From IMG/VR virus record IMGVR_UViG_3300033074_000233, positions 32,001 through 96,000 of that record: DNA of 64,000 bases. One strand, 5' to 3'. A model generated the notes under the pieces. It was not told the origin of the DNA and did no database searches. It was given only the letters and a program-made list of their open reading frames with translations. Made by a program: the position numbers and the translations under genes. Position 1 is the stretch's first letter; the number at the start of each line of letters is the position of its first letter. Positions 40,275-50,517 of this stretch are shown here, in pieces. Origin of the DNA: a virus (lineage: Duplodnaviria; Caudoviricetes).

Positions 40275-40499
40275 ATGGAAGTATTGAAGTTCATTGGATT
40301 GGTACTAGCCACTTGTCTGCTCTGGCTATGTATACTGGCTGTCAGTATTGGAGTGCCTATGGGTATTGTATATGTGGGCTATATACTGTTTATTGGTACT
40401 GACTCTGTTTGGGTTAAGATGGCTATTGTTGCCGGGTGTACCTTTCCATTAGTAGAGATTGTTCCTTTCATTACCTCGATCTTGTTCAAGAAGGCCTGA
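40275..40499 (+). CDS. Small two-TM membrane protein
   Basis: GGAG RBS, two hydrophobic segments. Confidence 0.65.
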   Translation: MEVLKFIGLVLATCLLWLCILAVSIGVPMGIVYVGYILFIGTDSVWVKMAIVAGCTFPLVEIVPFITSILFKKA

Positions 40500-40508
40500 T
40501 TACACGGT

Positions 40509-41471
40509 ATGAAAAAGGTTAAGATTAAGTACCTAGAAAATGACAGCGGTGAAAAGAAGAAGATGACCATGACTGTACACACGGTAGTGCGGTCTGAATA
40601 CTCTGCAGGTAAGGGCCGGGTGTTTAAGGTTAATGACAAGATAAAGATGCGTGATGTGGCATGTGTCAGTAGTGGACGTAGGTTCATTAAACAAGGATGT
40701 GCTTTGCTGGCCGAGACTGGGAGTCAGGTTTGGTACACCACGTTTACTTACGCTAAGAAGGTTAATAGTGGACGTGTGGCCTGTGAGGACTTGAAGTGGC
40801 TTAAGGAACAAGCCTGTGTGGATAAGGGTGACAGGTTCATTGGAGTAATTGAACTAAGTGAGGATGGCGATCTGCACCTGCATTGTCTGAGCAGCAAGGA
40901 GATTGGTACTGAGGCTATTTGGAATAAAGGACTCGTGCACAGCCGGGTTCGGTACTACAACGCCGAGCGGGCTGGCAAGTACATGGCCAAGCAGTATGGC
41001 AATGGTAAGGAGTACACGGTCAGTTATAGGGGTGTGACCAAGACCTTCAAGGGAATGGAAGGGTTCAGAAAGTTGTGGAAGAATCTGCCATTTGCTATTA
41101 TGGACAGCGTGACCAATTCCTTGGTTAAGGATACAAGTAAGACCCAGAAGGCTGAGATAACCGAAGAGCAAGTAGAGATTGGTGAGGGAGAGTTGTTCGC
41201 TGTGATAAAGGCTGATCTGGCCTGTTTGGGTAAGTATGAACTTGAGGCTCTGGACGTTAAAGGGTTCAGGCTACGTTTGAATAACCTGCAACTCAATCGT
41301 GGGCGTAACGGTACGCTCTACGCCAACAACAACGCTGCCAAGAGCAGCCCGCTGGTACAGTGGATGATCCAGAACAAGAAAGACGTTCTGGTGGCCACTT
41401 TTCTTAAGGCCAAGGAGAGGCTTCTGCTCGATTACGAAAACAACCTGAATACGAAGAACAAAGTGCTCTAA
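40509..41471 (+). CDS. HUH rolling-circle replication initiator-like endonuclease
   Basis: Motif I WYTTFTY, motif II GVIE......LHLHCL, motif III GKYMAK in canonical order. Confidence 0.7.
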   Translation: MKKVKIKYLENDSGEKKKMTMTVHTVVRSEYSAGKGRVFKVNDKIKMRDVACVSSGRRFIKQGCALLAETGSQVWYTTFTYAKKVNSGRVACEDLKWLKEQACVDKGDRFIGVIELSEDGDLHLHCLSSKEIGTEAIWNKGLVHSRVRYYNAERAGKYMAKQYGNGKEYTVSYRGVTKTFKGMEGFRKLWKNLPFAIMDSVTNSLVKDTSKTQKAEITEEQVEIGEGELFAVIKADLACLGKYELEALDVKGFRLRLNNLQLNRGRNGTLYANNNAAKSSPLVQWMIQNKKDVLVATFLKAKERLLLDYENNLNTKNKVL

Positions 41472-41692
41472 TGGGCTGGAAATCGTGCAGTCCTAGGCGA
41501 GTTTTAGGGCTGTCGGTGTCTCTATCACATAGACGCTCTAAAAACCCTGTTTTCCTGCATGGTTTGTCTATGTAGGTGTGGGTCGTATATAGCATCAAAA
41601 GTTTGCTATAAAGGCTAGTTTGTGAGGTGGCGTGTTTTACGACGTATTCTGAGGGTCGTGAAAATAGGCGTTTTCTCATGTAAAAACGCGCC

Positions 41693-41721
41693 TTGTGAGG
41701 GTCGTTAGAATGTGCTATAAT
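41693..41721 (+). promoter_or_regulatory. Sigma70-type early promoter
   Basis: TTGTGA-17 bp-TATAAT with extended -10 TG, upstream of small-gene cluster. Confidence 0.7.
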
Positions 41722-41780
41722 AGCAGCGTAAGTGGGCCATGCTAGAACAGCGATCAAAAGTTTGCGTAAAGGAGCAAGAT

Positions 41781-42062
41781 ATGACGACCACGCGAGTAGA
41801 CTTCTTGGTGAACACGGTAAGCCTTGAAGGAAAAGGGACCTCAGTGTCAGGCATGCAGGGCAACGCGGAAGTGGCGCTTGAACTGTGCGCCAAGATGCAG
41901 GAGATAATGGCCAACGATGCCTTCATCGGGTTCAGTGACGAACAACTCGCCAGTCACGTTCGCCACTTGTTCAAGTACGGCCAGCACATGAATGAGCACG
42001 AGGGCCCGGTCCGCGACATTCAAGGTGAACTGGCAATTCATCACTGGTCACGCAAGTCGTAA
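41781..42062 (+). CDS. Hypothetical early protein
   Basis: AAGGAG RBS before ATG 41781. Confidence 0.7.
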   Translation: MTTTRVDFLVNTVSLEGKGTSVSGMQGNAEVALELCAKMQEIMANDAFIGFSDEQLASHVRHLFKYGQHMNEHEGPVRDIQGELAIHHWSRKS

Positions 42063-42096
42063 TACCAAACCAAACATTAGGCAAGGAGTAATATAC

Positions 42097-42348
42097 ATGC
42101 AAACTACCTGGACTAACGGCCGAGTGGCACTAGCGAAAGACCTGATCTTCGGTCTTTGTGTGTTCACCGAAAACGACAAGGGTGAGACGGAGTGGATTCC
42201 CGTTGACGCGCTGGAACTTGATGAAGTGGAACTGATCCATCGGATGGTTGACTACAACCCCGGCTGTATCTACCAGAACGATCTGAACGCAATCCTCGAA
42301 GCCAAGAAAAAGGAGAAGCAAGATGCGACCAATGACAAAGCGGGTTAA
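42097..42348 (+). CDS. Hypothetical early protein
   Basis: AAGGAG RBS before ATG 42097. Confidence 0.7.
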   Translation: MQTTWTNGRVALAKDLIFGLCVFTENDKGETEWIPVDALELDEVELIHRMVDYNPGCIYQNDLNAILEAKKKEKQDATNDKAG

Positions 42349-42682
42349 GGTCCTGTGCTTCATTGCACAGTTCCTTCCGTTCAATGTGATGCACGTTGAA
42401 GCCGTGCGTATCGGCAACCGAGTTACTGACGGCCTGTTTCTTTTCGGCAAGCACGTGTGGACGGAAACGAAGACAGATGAATCACAAGTTTACATCCACG
42501 ACTATTCAGAAAGTGAATTGACGTGGTGGGCATCGGAAGCAGGTGCCTTCAAGGCTGCCAACAGTGTTCACGCGATTGAAGTGCTTAACGGGTATGGTGT
42601 ACGACCTTATGCAATGGGCCCGTATGATACTCTGGAAAAGGCGGATCACTTTTCAAAGAGTCTCGGAGGTCAGAATGCTTAA
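42323..42682 (+). CDS. Hypothetical early protein
   Basis: AAGGAG RBS, tiled operon. Confidence 0.65.
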   Translation: MRPMTKRVKVLCFIAQFLPFNVMHVEAVRIGNRVTDGLFLFGKHVWTETKTDESQVYIHDYSESELTWWASEAGAFKAANSVHAIEVLNGYGVRPYAMGPYDTLEKADHFSKSLGGQNA

Positions 42683-42995
42683 CATGAAGTTCTACCAACT
42701 CTCGGAAAAGATTCCTACATCAGGCACCGATATCATATGGTTCGATAACCCACCTAACTCGGCAGAATTGCTGATGGACCTGAAACAAGGCATCGTCACT
42801 GATGGTGAGGGCTTTGATGACTGGGATGACAATCTCATTGAAGAAGGTGATACACCAGAAGTTGTACGGAAACAAAACCACATTGTAATTGAAGGAGACT
42901 CCCAAGCAACCACCATCAAGAAAGACTGCGCTCATTTCTTTTGGTGCGACGCGAAACAAACTTTTGACCAACTCGAAAAACTTCTCGGAGGCTGA
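42675..42995 (+). CDS. Hypothetical early protein
   Basis: GGAGG RBS before ATG 42675. Confidence 0.65.
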   Translation: MLNMKFYQLSEKIPTSGTDIIWFDNPPNSAELLMDLKQGIVTDGEGFDDWDDNLIEEGDTPEVVRKQNHIVIEGDSQATTIKKDCAHFFWCDAKQTFDQLEKLLGG

Positions 42996-42996
42996 C

Positions 42997-43392
42997 ATGA
43001 AAAACAATCAACCGCTCAACGCGCAAGCCGTGAAAGACACTCGCTTTATTGATCGCGGCCTTCCACTCTGTGATACCCGTTGGCACGACAAAGATGGTCG
43101 TGTTACCCGCAAGGGTTTTCTCGACGGCTGCATCGAACGCTTCGACGTGAAAGGACGTGACGGCGTTACCGTAACAATTCGGTTGGTGCGTGACCAATTC
43201 GACAACGCAGCCAAGTATTTTTACACGGTTGAGTGTAGCGACAACTACACCCTGATGACGGGACTGTCCGTCAACGAGGTTGACTTCAATATGGACATAG
43301 GTCTGCACGTGACCTCGTCGCTCAAGGAAGCGCGCAAAGCCTGTACCTACTTCCGCAGCGGTAAGTTGAAGAAGAACGGCAAGTTCCAATAA
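42997..43392 (+). CDS. Hypothetical early protein
   Basis: GGAGG RBS before ATG 42997. Confidence 0.65.
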   Translation: MKNNQPLNAQAVKDTRFIDRGLPLCDTRWHDKDGRVTRKGFLDGCIERFDVKGRDGVTVTIRLVRDQFDNAAKYFYTVECSDNYTLMTGLSVNEVDFNMDIGLHVTSSLKEARKACTYFRSGKLKKNGKFQ

Positions 43393-43416
43393 CCACTGGT
43401 TGTCAAGAGGACTCCA

Positions 43417-44352
43417 ATGTACAAGTTCTATTCCGCACTGCTGGACGTAAACCTGAAGAGCATGAGACTGGTTGACAAGTCTCTTGGCAAGTGGGACCAT
43501 GTGAAGGCCGCTCAGGCCTTCTTTGGTCAATTTCCGCACATGACCAACACACTGGACTTCCTCATTATGGCCGACGAGTGCGGCTATATCGAGGAAGATT
43601 TGGCCGTTTCCTACTTCGTCAAGGACGCCACATCACTTGAGGCAATCAACAGCCTGAAGATCGACAAGGTGGATTTTTCTCTCCTGCTTCAGGCAAGTGA
43701 GTTGTTTACGGTTGCCTTTCCATACCACTCGGACGTGTCACCTGTTCTGGTGATGATCTCCGACCTTGACGACTTCCAACGTCGTATCAAACGTGTGCAT
43801 CCCAGCACCTCTGGCCTCAAGGGTCAGGGTGTTGAGGACAAGTACAGTTTCCACATGGTCATGAAGTTTCCAGCCACACCAACTGTGCCTGAGTCCTACT
43901 CGCGCCTGTCTCTGCCTCTTGGCATCATCGGCAAAGCAATCCAGTGCAAAGACAATCAAGAGTTTGCTGCCTTGATTCCGCTGGACGAGCGCGTAGCCGT
44001 TGAGGGCCTCACCTTAGAAGAAACGGCGATGCAGTTCCGTGCTCTGCAATTCGTGGCCAAGTTCCTCGTGTATCGTGCAGGTGCACCTGATCGTTTTGCA
44101 GACGGCTGCCCGTCGAACGAAAAGAGTAGCAAGTTCGTTTCGGCTGCTGGCCATCGCAAGACGTTCTCGGTGCCAGCGTTGTCTGCGGCAACCGAGCACT
44201 ACCGCTGTGCCCACTTCCGCCAACTTCGTGCCGAACGCTACTACACCAAAGAGCACAAAGACAAGGCTGTTGGCAGTCGCATTGTGTTTGTCCATGATTC
44301 CGTGGTGAATGCCAAAGTAGATGACATAAAAACCGTAGAGGAGAAAACGTAA
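43417..44352 (+). CDS. Hypothetical phage protein with HxRxxHxR motif
   Basis: C-terminal HYRCAHFR...IVFV...VV motif. Confidence 0.7.
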   Translation: MYKFYSALLDVNLKSMRLVDKSLGKWDHVKAAQAFFGQFPHMTNTLDFLIMADECGYIEEDLAVSYFVKDATSLEAINSLKIDKVDFSLLLQASELFTVAFPYHSDVSPVLVMISDLDDFQRRIKRVHPSTSGLKGQGVEDKYSFHMVMKFPATPTVPESYSRLSLPLGIIGKAIQCKDNQEFAALIPLDERVAVEGLTLEETAMQFRALQFVAKFLVYRAGAPDRFADGCPSNEKSSKFVSAAGHRKTFSVPALSAATEHYRCAHFRQLRAERYYTKEHKDKAVGSRIVFVHDSVVNAKVDDIKTVEEKT

Positions 44353-45494
44353 TGACCAAGAAGAAATGTGACTGTGGTCCCAACGAGGGCTGCTCCCTGT
44401 GTTGCAAGGCTCCAATGATGATATTGAAAGACCTCAAGCCTACAAAGAAGGTGAAAACCGTGAAAAAGAAAACTGATATAATCTCCGCAAAAGAGTTCGT
44501 CGCTGGTATAACGGCTCCGTTCCCCTACAAGCGTTCCGATCTGGACGTGATCGTTACGCTGGGTGTTGGCAAGTCCAAGATGGTGCCGAGGGTAACGGTG
44601 CGTCTGATAAAGAAGAACGACTACAAGAAGTGCCTCTGGGAGGGCAATTCCACTGTTGCCGAAGTCGAATCATTCAATGACGACGAAGCCTTGATGGCCT
44701 TTGTCAAAGCCAAAGTCGGCGTGGTCGTTCCGGTTGAGATTTCCTACGACTTCAAAGAGGTCAATAGCGGCCTGATAGGCCTGAACAACAAACTGAACCT
44801 TACTCTCGACACGGAAGAAAGTTACTTCACGCTTCGGATGTTCTCCAAGACAGGCAACAAGGTTGTCTGGAAGGAAAGGTTGTGTGCTGATGGCTACGAC
44901 GGTAGTGATACCGACATTAAAGACCTTGTTGAAAGACTCTGGTCTGATCCAAGCGACGGAGTTGCTAAGGCCTTCTTACGCGCGGCCTTTGACTGTGAAG
45001 AAAATGAGATACTTGCCTCAAAAGGAGGTATGGCCTCTTTGTTCAAAGCCTTGAAGAAATTCTCGGTCAAGAACAAGGACTCGGCACTTTCAGCCGTCGT
45101 ATCGGAAACTGATCCCTTGGTGATGCGCTATATTGCAGGTCGCATTATGGACCTGACTGACGGTATGGGTGACCAAATTACACTCGCCCGTACGCCACTA
45201 AGTATTGCTGTGGTTCCGTTCTTCCTCATGACCGACCTGAGTATGAGAAAGTGGCTGAATCGCGACTCTATTGTTGACCTCATACAGGTAGTCATCATGG
45301 CCTTTGGTGATCCCGCCTACACCAAGGTCGAAGTGAAGAAAAATCAGGATATCCTCGCGTTGGTTAGCAAGAAAGAGGCCGCCAATGTGTTCTTCGCGGT
45401 TGACGACCTAATCGTCATACGGGAAGTGAGTGAGGACAACCAAGTCCTCACCATGGACAGCGTGATTGAACGTGTGAATAACGGCCGCTTCTAA
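44352..45494 (+). CDS. Hypothetical protein
   Basis: 380-aa ORF coupled to upstream stop (TAATG). Confidence 0.7.
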   Translation: MTKKKCDCGPNEGCSLCCKAPMMILKDLKPTKKVKTVKKKTDIISAKEFVAGITAPFPYKRSDLDVIVTLGVGKSKMVPRVTVRLIKKNDYKKCLWEGNSTVAEVESFNDDEALMAFVKAKVGVVVPVEISYDFKEVNSGLIGLNNKLNLTLDTEESYFTLRMFSKTGNKVVWKERLCADGYDGSDTDIKDLVERLWSDPSDGVAKAFLRAAFDCEENEILASKGGMASLFKALKKFSVKNKDSALSAVVSETDPLVMRYIAGRIMDLTDGMGDQITLARTPLSIAVVPFFLMTDLSMRKWLNRDSIVDLIQVVIMAFGDPAYTKVEVKKNQDILALVSKKEAANVFFAVDDLIVIREVSEDNQVLTMDSVIERVNNGRF

Positions 45495-45741
45495 ATACTC
45501 ACAATTCTGTAAAGTAGTATTGTGGGAGTGACGCTAGGGGGGCTAATCAAAAGTTTGCACATATCAGGTGTTCAAGCCAATGATTATCTTCAATGCGAAA
45601 CTGTAAAGTAATTCGCTAATTTCAAGTCCCGCTAGAAATCGTGCAAACGAGGCCTAGCAACAGTATTCCAGGCAGGTTGACCCCGTTGCTGTCAGGAGTG
45701 CATCAAAAATCAATGGGACCCTTCTAGAAGAGGTAGGTAAC

Positions 45742-46509
45742 ATGGCGCGTGTAACGAAGAAAGCAACAAAGGCCGACAAAGCAGATGCGAAGGCGAAGAA
45801 ACTCGCTCTGCGTGAGAAGATGAAGGCCAAGAAGATGAAAGAGAAAGCCAAAGCGAAGAAAGGCGCGAAGGCTGAGAAGGCTCCGAAGGCCAAGCGCGGT
45901 CGTCCAGTGGGTTCGGGCAAAGCAGCCAAAGCCGAGAAAGCCCCGAAGGCAGCGAAAGTCCGTAAGGGCTCCGCAATCGAAATGGGCTTCGCAATGAACG
46001 GCAGCATTGCTGGCGTAGTTGGTGTTGCTCAAGAAGGCAGCGACATTATCCTGACGCTGGAAGACGGCGCCGTCAAGAAACTGGCCAACGCCACTTTCAC
46101 GCTGAACATCCAGGCTTCTACGGAAGCACGTTGGGAAGATGTTGGTGGCGACGCTGACGACGAGGAAGAAGACGACGAAGCCGCTGATTCCGACGAAGAC
46201 GGTGATGACGACGAGGAAGAAGCCCCTGCCAAGAAAGCAAAGAAAGGCAAGAAGGCTGCTGACTCAGACGACGACGCCGATTCCGATGATGATGGCGACG
46301 ACGAAGACGGCGATGATGAAGACGACGACGCCGATTCCGATGAGGAAGAAGCCCCCAAAGGCAAGAAAGCCAAAAAGGGCAAGAAGGCAGCCAAGTCTGA
46401 CTCCGACGAGGATGATGATGAGGAAGAAGCCGACGACTCTGACGAAGATGGCGACGACGACGACGAAGATGAGGAAGAAGATGAAGGTGGCGACGACGAG
46501 TGGAACTAA
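45742..46509 (+). CDS. Histone-H1-like basic N-terminus / highly acidic C-terminus protein
   Basis: K/A-rich N-terminus with AT-hook-like KRGRP; D/E tracts interleaved with KKAKKGKK. Confidence 0.75.
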   Translation: MARVTKKATKADKADAKAKKLALREKMKAKKMKEKAKAKKGAKAEKAPKAKRGRPVGSGKAAKAEKAPKAAKVRKGSAIEMGFAMNGSIAGVVGVAQEGSDIILTLEDGAVKKLANATFTLNIQASTEARWEDVGGDADDEEEDDEAADSDEDGDDDEEEAPAKKAKKGKKAADSDDDADSDDDGDDEDGDDEDDDADSDEEEAPKGKKAKKGKKAAKSDSDEDDDEEEADDSDEDGDDDDEDEEEDEGGDDEWN

Positions 46510-46536
46510 TCCACTTTAAGTCGTAACCAAGAATCA

Positions 46537-46570
46537 AGGGGCGTGTGCTACTCTGCACGTCCCTATTCTT
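46537..46570 (+). terminator. Probable terminator hairpin
   Basis: AGGGGCGTGTG/TGCACGTCCCT stem followed by ATTCTT. Confidence 0.5.
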
Positions 46571-46594
46571 CCTAACCATTTGAGGTAATGAGTC

Positions 46595-47041
46595 ATGGCT
46601 AAAGACGGCGAAGTCGAAATCGACACCGATGAACTGGAACAGGCTGTAGCAACGGAACTTGAGGGCGTCGATACGGCTGCCAACGAGATTCTGGAAGATC
46701 AGCAACGTGGTGAAGAGCCTGAAGGAAAGAAGGATGTGATCCTGCTGTACAAGCCAAAGTGCTTGGAATGCACACACCTCTTCCCTGAGGGAGGCAAGAA
46801 GGTCTACAACGGCTGCCACTTCAAGGCTGGAAACGATGAGTGTCCTGCCAAAGGTTTGAAGATTGTTATTGCTGTACCAGCAGAGCGCGTAAGCGACCTC
46901 ATGCTTGACGCAATGCTCTCCAATGACGTGGTGCGGTTGTCGGAACTTACGGCAAAACTCAACCGAAAGGACCCGGCCGAGATCGAGCGGGTTATGAAAC
47001 GCTTTCGTGAGAAGGTTGCTGCGCACGAAACTGGCGCGTAA
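46595..47041 (+). CDS. Hypothetical Cys-containing protein
   Basis: GAGGT RBS; CxxC...C...CP. Confidence 0.7.
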   Translation: MAKDGEVEIDTDELEQAVATELEGVDTAANEILEDQQRGEEPEGKKDVILLYKPKCLECTHLFPEGGKKVYNGCHFKAGNDECPAKGLKIVIAVPAERVSDLMLDAMLSNDVVRLSELTAKLNRKDPAEIERVMKRFREKVAAHETGA

Positions 47042-47122
47042 AAGGTCGAGGACTCAAGGGAAGCCTAAACGCAACCCGCGAGTCCTCTTCGTGTTTAATC
47101 TGGCTGAAACGGGAAGACCAAA

Positions 47123-49051
47123 ATGGGTGTCAAAGTAAACAAGAAAGATAAGGTCGAGGCCAAACAAAAACAAGGTCTAGCATACGGCGCAGAACATATA
47201 CAGTGGCAGAAAGGCCTTCAAGGTATTCGTAAACGCCCGGAAATGTACATCCACTCGGTTGACTCCGATGGTGTATGGACTCTAACGCGAGAAGCAGGCG
47301 ACAACGCCGCCGACGAAAACGGTGCTGGTCGTAACTCCTTTGTACACATTTGCCAAGACACCGATGATTCCATCTGGGTGATCGACCACGGGCAAGGCAT
47401 TCCAGTAGCACCTTATATTGATCCAGAGACAAAGAAGAAAGACGGTCGGACCACATTAGAGATTATCCTCAGCGAAACACACGCTGGCGGCAAATTCGGA
47501 TCGGGTGCTTACAAGGGCTCCCGAGGTACACACGGTGTAGGCGTAAAAGCCACGAACGCACTCTCCAGCCTGTTTCAGGTATGGACCTGCTTCAAAGGCC
47601 AGTGGTGGAACATCGAGTTCTCACGGGGCAAACTCAAGAAAGCACCAACAAAGGTGTCCAAGCCGCCGAAACTCCCACACGGCGCTGCGACATTGAAGAA
47701 GGGCACGGTTGTCCGCTTCATTCCTGACGACCAAATCTTCCACAAGGGTTCCAAGTTCGAGCCTGCACGTGCGGCAGAGTGGTGCGAACTGACTGCTTAC
47801 ATGCAAGCCGGCTTCGTTGTCAAACTCACCGACAAGAAGGGCAAGACCAAAGAGTGGTGCTTCAAGAACGGTTCCAAGGAATATCTGGATCGTAAGATCA
47901 AGAAACTGGAAGCCAACCAACTAGGCAAAGACTGTCTGATTCAGGAAGGCTGCTACAACATCGCGGTTGCCTTCACAGATTACGACGGCATTGCTCTCGC
48001 TGGTTTCACCAACGGCCTGAGCAACCCTGACGGCGGTACACACATTGACACCTTCTATAAGGCTCTCGCCAAGTCTTTGGAAGCGTACAAAGGCAAATCC
48101 AAGTACAACCCCTCGGACCTTCGTGAAGGCATAATTGGATTCATCAACGTGCGCCTTGACGAACCTAAGTTTGGTTCGCAGACCAAAGAGAAACTGGTAG
48201 ACGAAACACCCACGAAGCAATATGCCGAAGTGCTCAAGGGTCTTACCAAGTTCTTCGACAACAACAAAGGCCTTGCCAAGAAACTGACGCAACGTGCTGC
48301 CGAACTCAAAGGTCTCAAGGACCAGTTCGCCGATAACAAGAAGGTACTCAAGGAACTCAGCGGTGCTGCGCGTAAAGGCAAGTCCTTCGCATCGAAGCAT
48401 GCCCGTTGTGACTGTGCACCTGAACTGCGCGAACTGTTCCTTGTTGAGGGTGAGTCTGCATCTGGTACCGCGAAGCAAGGTCGCAATCCTGCGTATCAGG
48501 AGATTCTTCCACTCAAGGGTAAGATTCTGAACGTAATGAAGGGCGGTGCCAACAAGAAGGATAAGGCGTTCGATTCCGAAGAGGTCATGAACATCCTCAT
48601 TGGTATCGGATACGATCCGTCCTCGAAAGCACCTCTGGACAATCTACGTGTGGGCAAACTGATCCTGCTTGCTGACCCAGACCCAGACGGCAGACACATC
48701 AACACGCTGGAACTGACGCTGTTTGCCAAGTACCTTGCGGGCATCTACCAGAAAGGCACGGTGTACATCATCAACCTGCCTGAGTACGTGATGGAACACG
48801 GCGGCAAAAACTACTTCGGCGATAGTCCGAAAGACGTAGAGAAGTCATTGCCGAAAGGTGTAAAGTTGAAGAACGTGCAGCACCTTAAGGGTCTTGGCGA
48901 AATGACCGCCTTGCAGTTGAGGGAACTTGCGTTCAACCCTGATACACGCAAACTATTGAAAGTCGCTGCACCAAGTAAAGAGGATATGAAGGAGTTCAGC
49001 CTCCTCATGTCGGACAACACTGACTACCGTAGAAAGTTGCTCGGAGTATAA
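47123..49051 (+). CDS. gyrB: Type IIA DNA topoisomerase, GyrB/ParE-like subunit
   Basis: [59 protein letters not shown]. Confidence 0.95.
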   Translation: MGVKVNKKDKVEAKQKQGLAYGAEHIQWQKGLQGIRKRPEMYIHSVDSDGVWTLTREAGDNAADENGAGRNSFVHICQDTDDSIWVIDHGQGIPVAPYIDPETKKKDGRTTLEIILSETHAGGKFGSGAYKGSRGTHGVGVKATNALSSLFQVWTCFKGQWWNIEFSRGKLKKAPTKVSKPPKLPHGAATLKKGTVVRFIPDDQIFHKGSKFEPARAAEWCELTAYMQAGFVVKLTDKKGKTKEWCFKNGSKEYLDRKIKKLEANQLGKDCLIQEGCYNIAVAFTDYDGIALAGFTNGLSNPDGGTHIDTFYKALAKSLEAYKGKSKYNPSDLREGIIGFINVRLDEPKFGSQTKEKLVDETPTKQYAEVLKGLTKFFDNNKGLAKKLTQRAAELKGLKDQFADNKKVLKELSGAARKGKSFASKHARCDCAPELRELFLVEGESASGTAKQGRNPAYQEILPLKGKILNVMKGGANKKDKAFDSEEVMNILIGIGYDPSSKAPLDNLRVGKLILLADPDPDGRHINTLELTLFAKYLAGIYQKGTVYIINLPEYVMEHGGKNYFGDSPKDVEKSLPKGVKLKNVQHLKGLGEMTALQLRELAFNPDTRKLLKVAAPSKEDMKEFSLLMSDNTDYRRKLLGV

Positions 49052-49053
49052 CA

Positions 49054-50517
49054 ATGAAACGCTCCAAGAAATCAAGGAACAAGGTAATCGTCCGAGAAGA
49101 CCAGAACGTAAAAAGCATAGGCATGCTTGAGTATGGTCGCTATGCAATGAAGTTGTACGGCGCTGAGGTAATCGAGGAACGTGCGCTTCCTGACTTCCGT
49201 GATGGCCTCAAGCCCGTGCAGCGCCGCATCTTGTGGTCGATGTTCAAGCAAGGCCTGAAACCTAGCACGTCGCATGAGAAGTCGGCACGTACTGTTGGCG
49301 ATGTGCTTGCCAAGTATCACCCTCACGGTGACGTGTCCGTTTACGGCACGATGGTAACGATGGCGAATGCGCCAATGCCGATGGTTGATGGTAAAGGCAA
49401 CTGGGGTGGTCCGTTCGATCCGGCTGCTGCTTATCGTTATACCAACGCTCGCCTGTCACGCTACAGTTGGGAGGTGTTCTTCAACTCGCACTTCACCAAC
49501 ATCACAACTCTGGTCCCGAACTTCGATGACAAGGAGGTAGAGCCTCTTATCCTCAATTCCCTGCTGCCGAACATACTCGTTAACGGTTCGTTTGGTATTG
49601 GTGTAGCGGTTACTGCGAGCATTCCGTCGTACAAAGTAGAAGGCCTTGCGAAGGTAGTAGCGAAGGTACTCTCGGGTACTCCTTGTAACCCCAAGATGTG
49701 CGTGAAGAACCTTGAGTTCAACTCGCCCTTCGGTGGTGAAGCGCAGACCGACGAGAAGGACCTCATCGACTTCTACAAGACTGGTCAAGGCTCGGTGTCA
49801 TTCGTATCGGACATGACGTTCAATGAGGAAACCAGAGAGATTACCTTGAAGGGCATGGCTCCTGGGGTCAACGTACCCAAAGGTCTGGAGAAACTGCGTG
49901 ATAACAAATCGGTAGACCGGGTACTTGATGACACATCCATTGAGAACGGTTATCGCTGGCGCATTAAATTGGCCAAGTCTATACCACGCGTTTCGCTGAA
50001 AGAGGAAGTAGAGAAAATATGTAAAGTATTCGACAGTACGCTCAACTTCAAGATCAACATTACCGAGCGGCTGCTGAATGCGAAGGGCGATCCTGACGTT
50101 AAGTTCCGTAACACCAACGTACCTGAACTAATCAATGATTGGGTCAAGTGGCGCGTAGAGACCGAACTGAAATCGCTCCAGTACCAACGTGACCAGACGG
50201 CCAAGGAGATAGCGTACACACGGTTGCTCATCCTCGCAGCGGCAAGTCGCAAGGTTGTTATCGCAGCACTGGAGAAGGATGACCCCGCGAAATACTTGAT
50301 GAAGGCGTTGAAGATTTCCGAGCAGGACGCTAATGTCATTCTGGACCTGAAAGTCAGGATGCTGTCGAAACTCGACCAATCCAAGATGCAGGACAAACTC
50401 AAAAGTTTGCTTGCTCACGACAAAACGCTATCTGCCCACATGAAGAATCCGCAAGCCAAGATCACAACCGACTTGCAGGAAATGATTCGGGTAATCACGA
50501 AAGGAGACAAGAAATGA
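49054..50517 (+). CDS. gyrA: Type IIA DNA topoisomerase, GyrA/ParC-like subunit lacking the C-terminal pinwheel
   Basis: [33 protein letters not shown] catalytic Tyr; only 487 aa. Confidence 0.95.
   Translation: MKRSKKSRNKVIVREDQNVKSIGMLEYGRYAMKLYGAEVIEERALPDFRDGLKPVQRRILWSMFKQGLKPSTSHEKSARTVGDVLAKYHPHGDVSVYGTMVTMANAPMPMVDGKGNWGGPFDPAAAYRYTNARLSRYSWEVFFNSHFTNITTLVPNFDDKEVEPLILNSLLPNILVNGSFGIGVAVTASIPSYKVEGLAKVVAKVLSGTPCNPKMCVKNLEFNSPFGGEAQTDEKDLIDFYKTGQGSVSFVSDMTFNEETREITLKGMAPGVNVPKGLEKLRDNKSVDRVLDDTSIENGYRWRIKLAKSIPRVSLKEEVEKICKVFDSTLNFKINITERLLNAKGDPDVKFRNTNVPELINDWVKWRVETELKSLQYQRDQTAKEIAYTRLLILAAASRKVVIAALEKDDPAKYLMKALKISEQDANVILDLKVRMLSKLDQSKMQDKLKSLLAHDKTLSAHMKNPQAKITTDLQEMIRVITKGDKK

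Noticed and set aside
46140-46500. GAC/GAA/GAT tandem-like repeats, and AAG/GCC repeats at 52370-52590
   Set aside because: Explained by low-complexity D/E and K/A coding; not CRISPR or satellite repeats
47048-47087. GAGGACTC/GAGTCCTC hairpin upstream of the topoisomerase gene
   Set aside because: Real inverted repeat, but with a weak U-tract and no further evidence; cannot be called terminator or regulator
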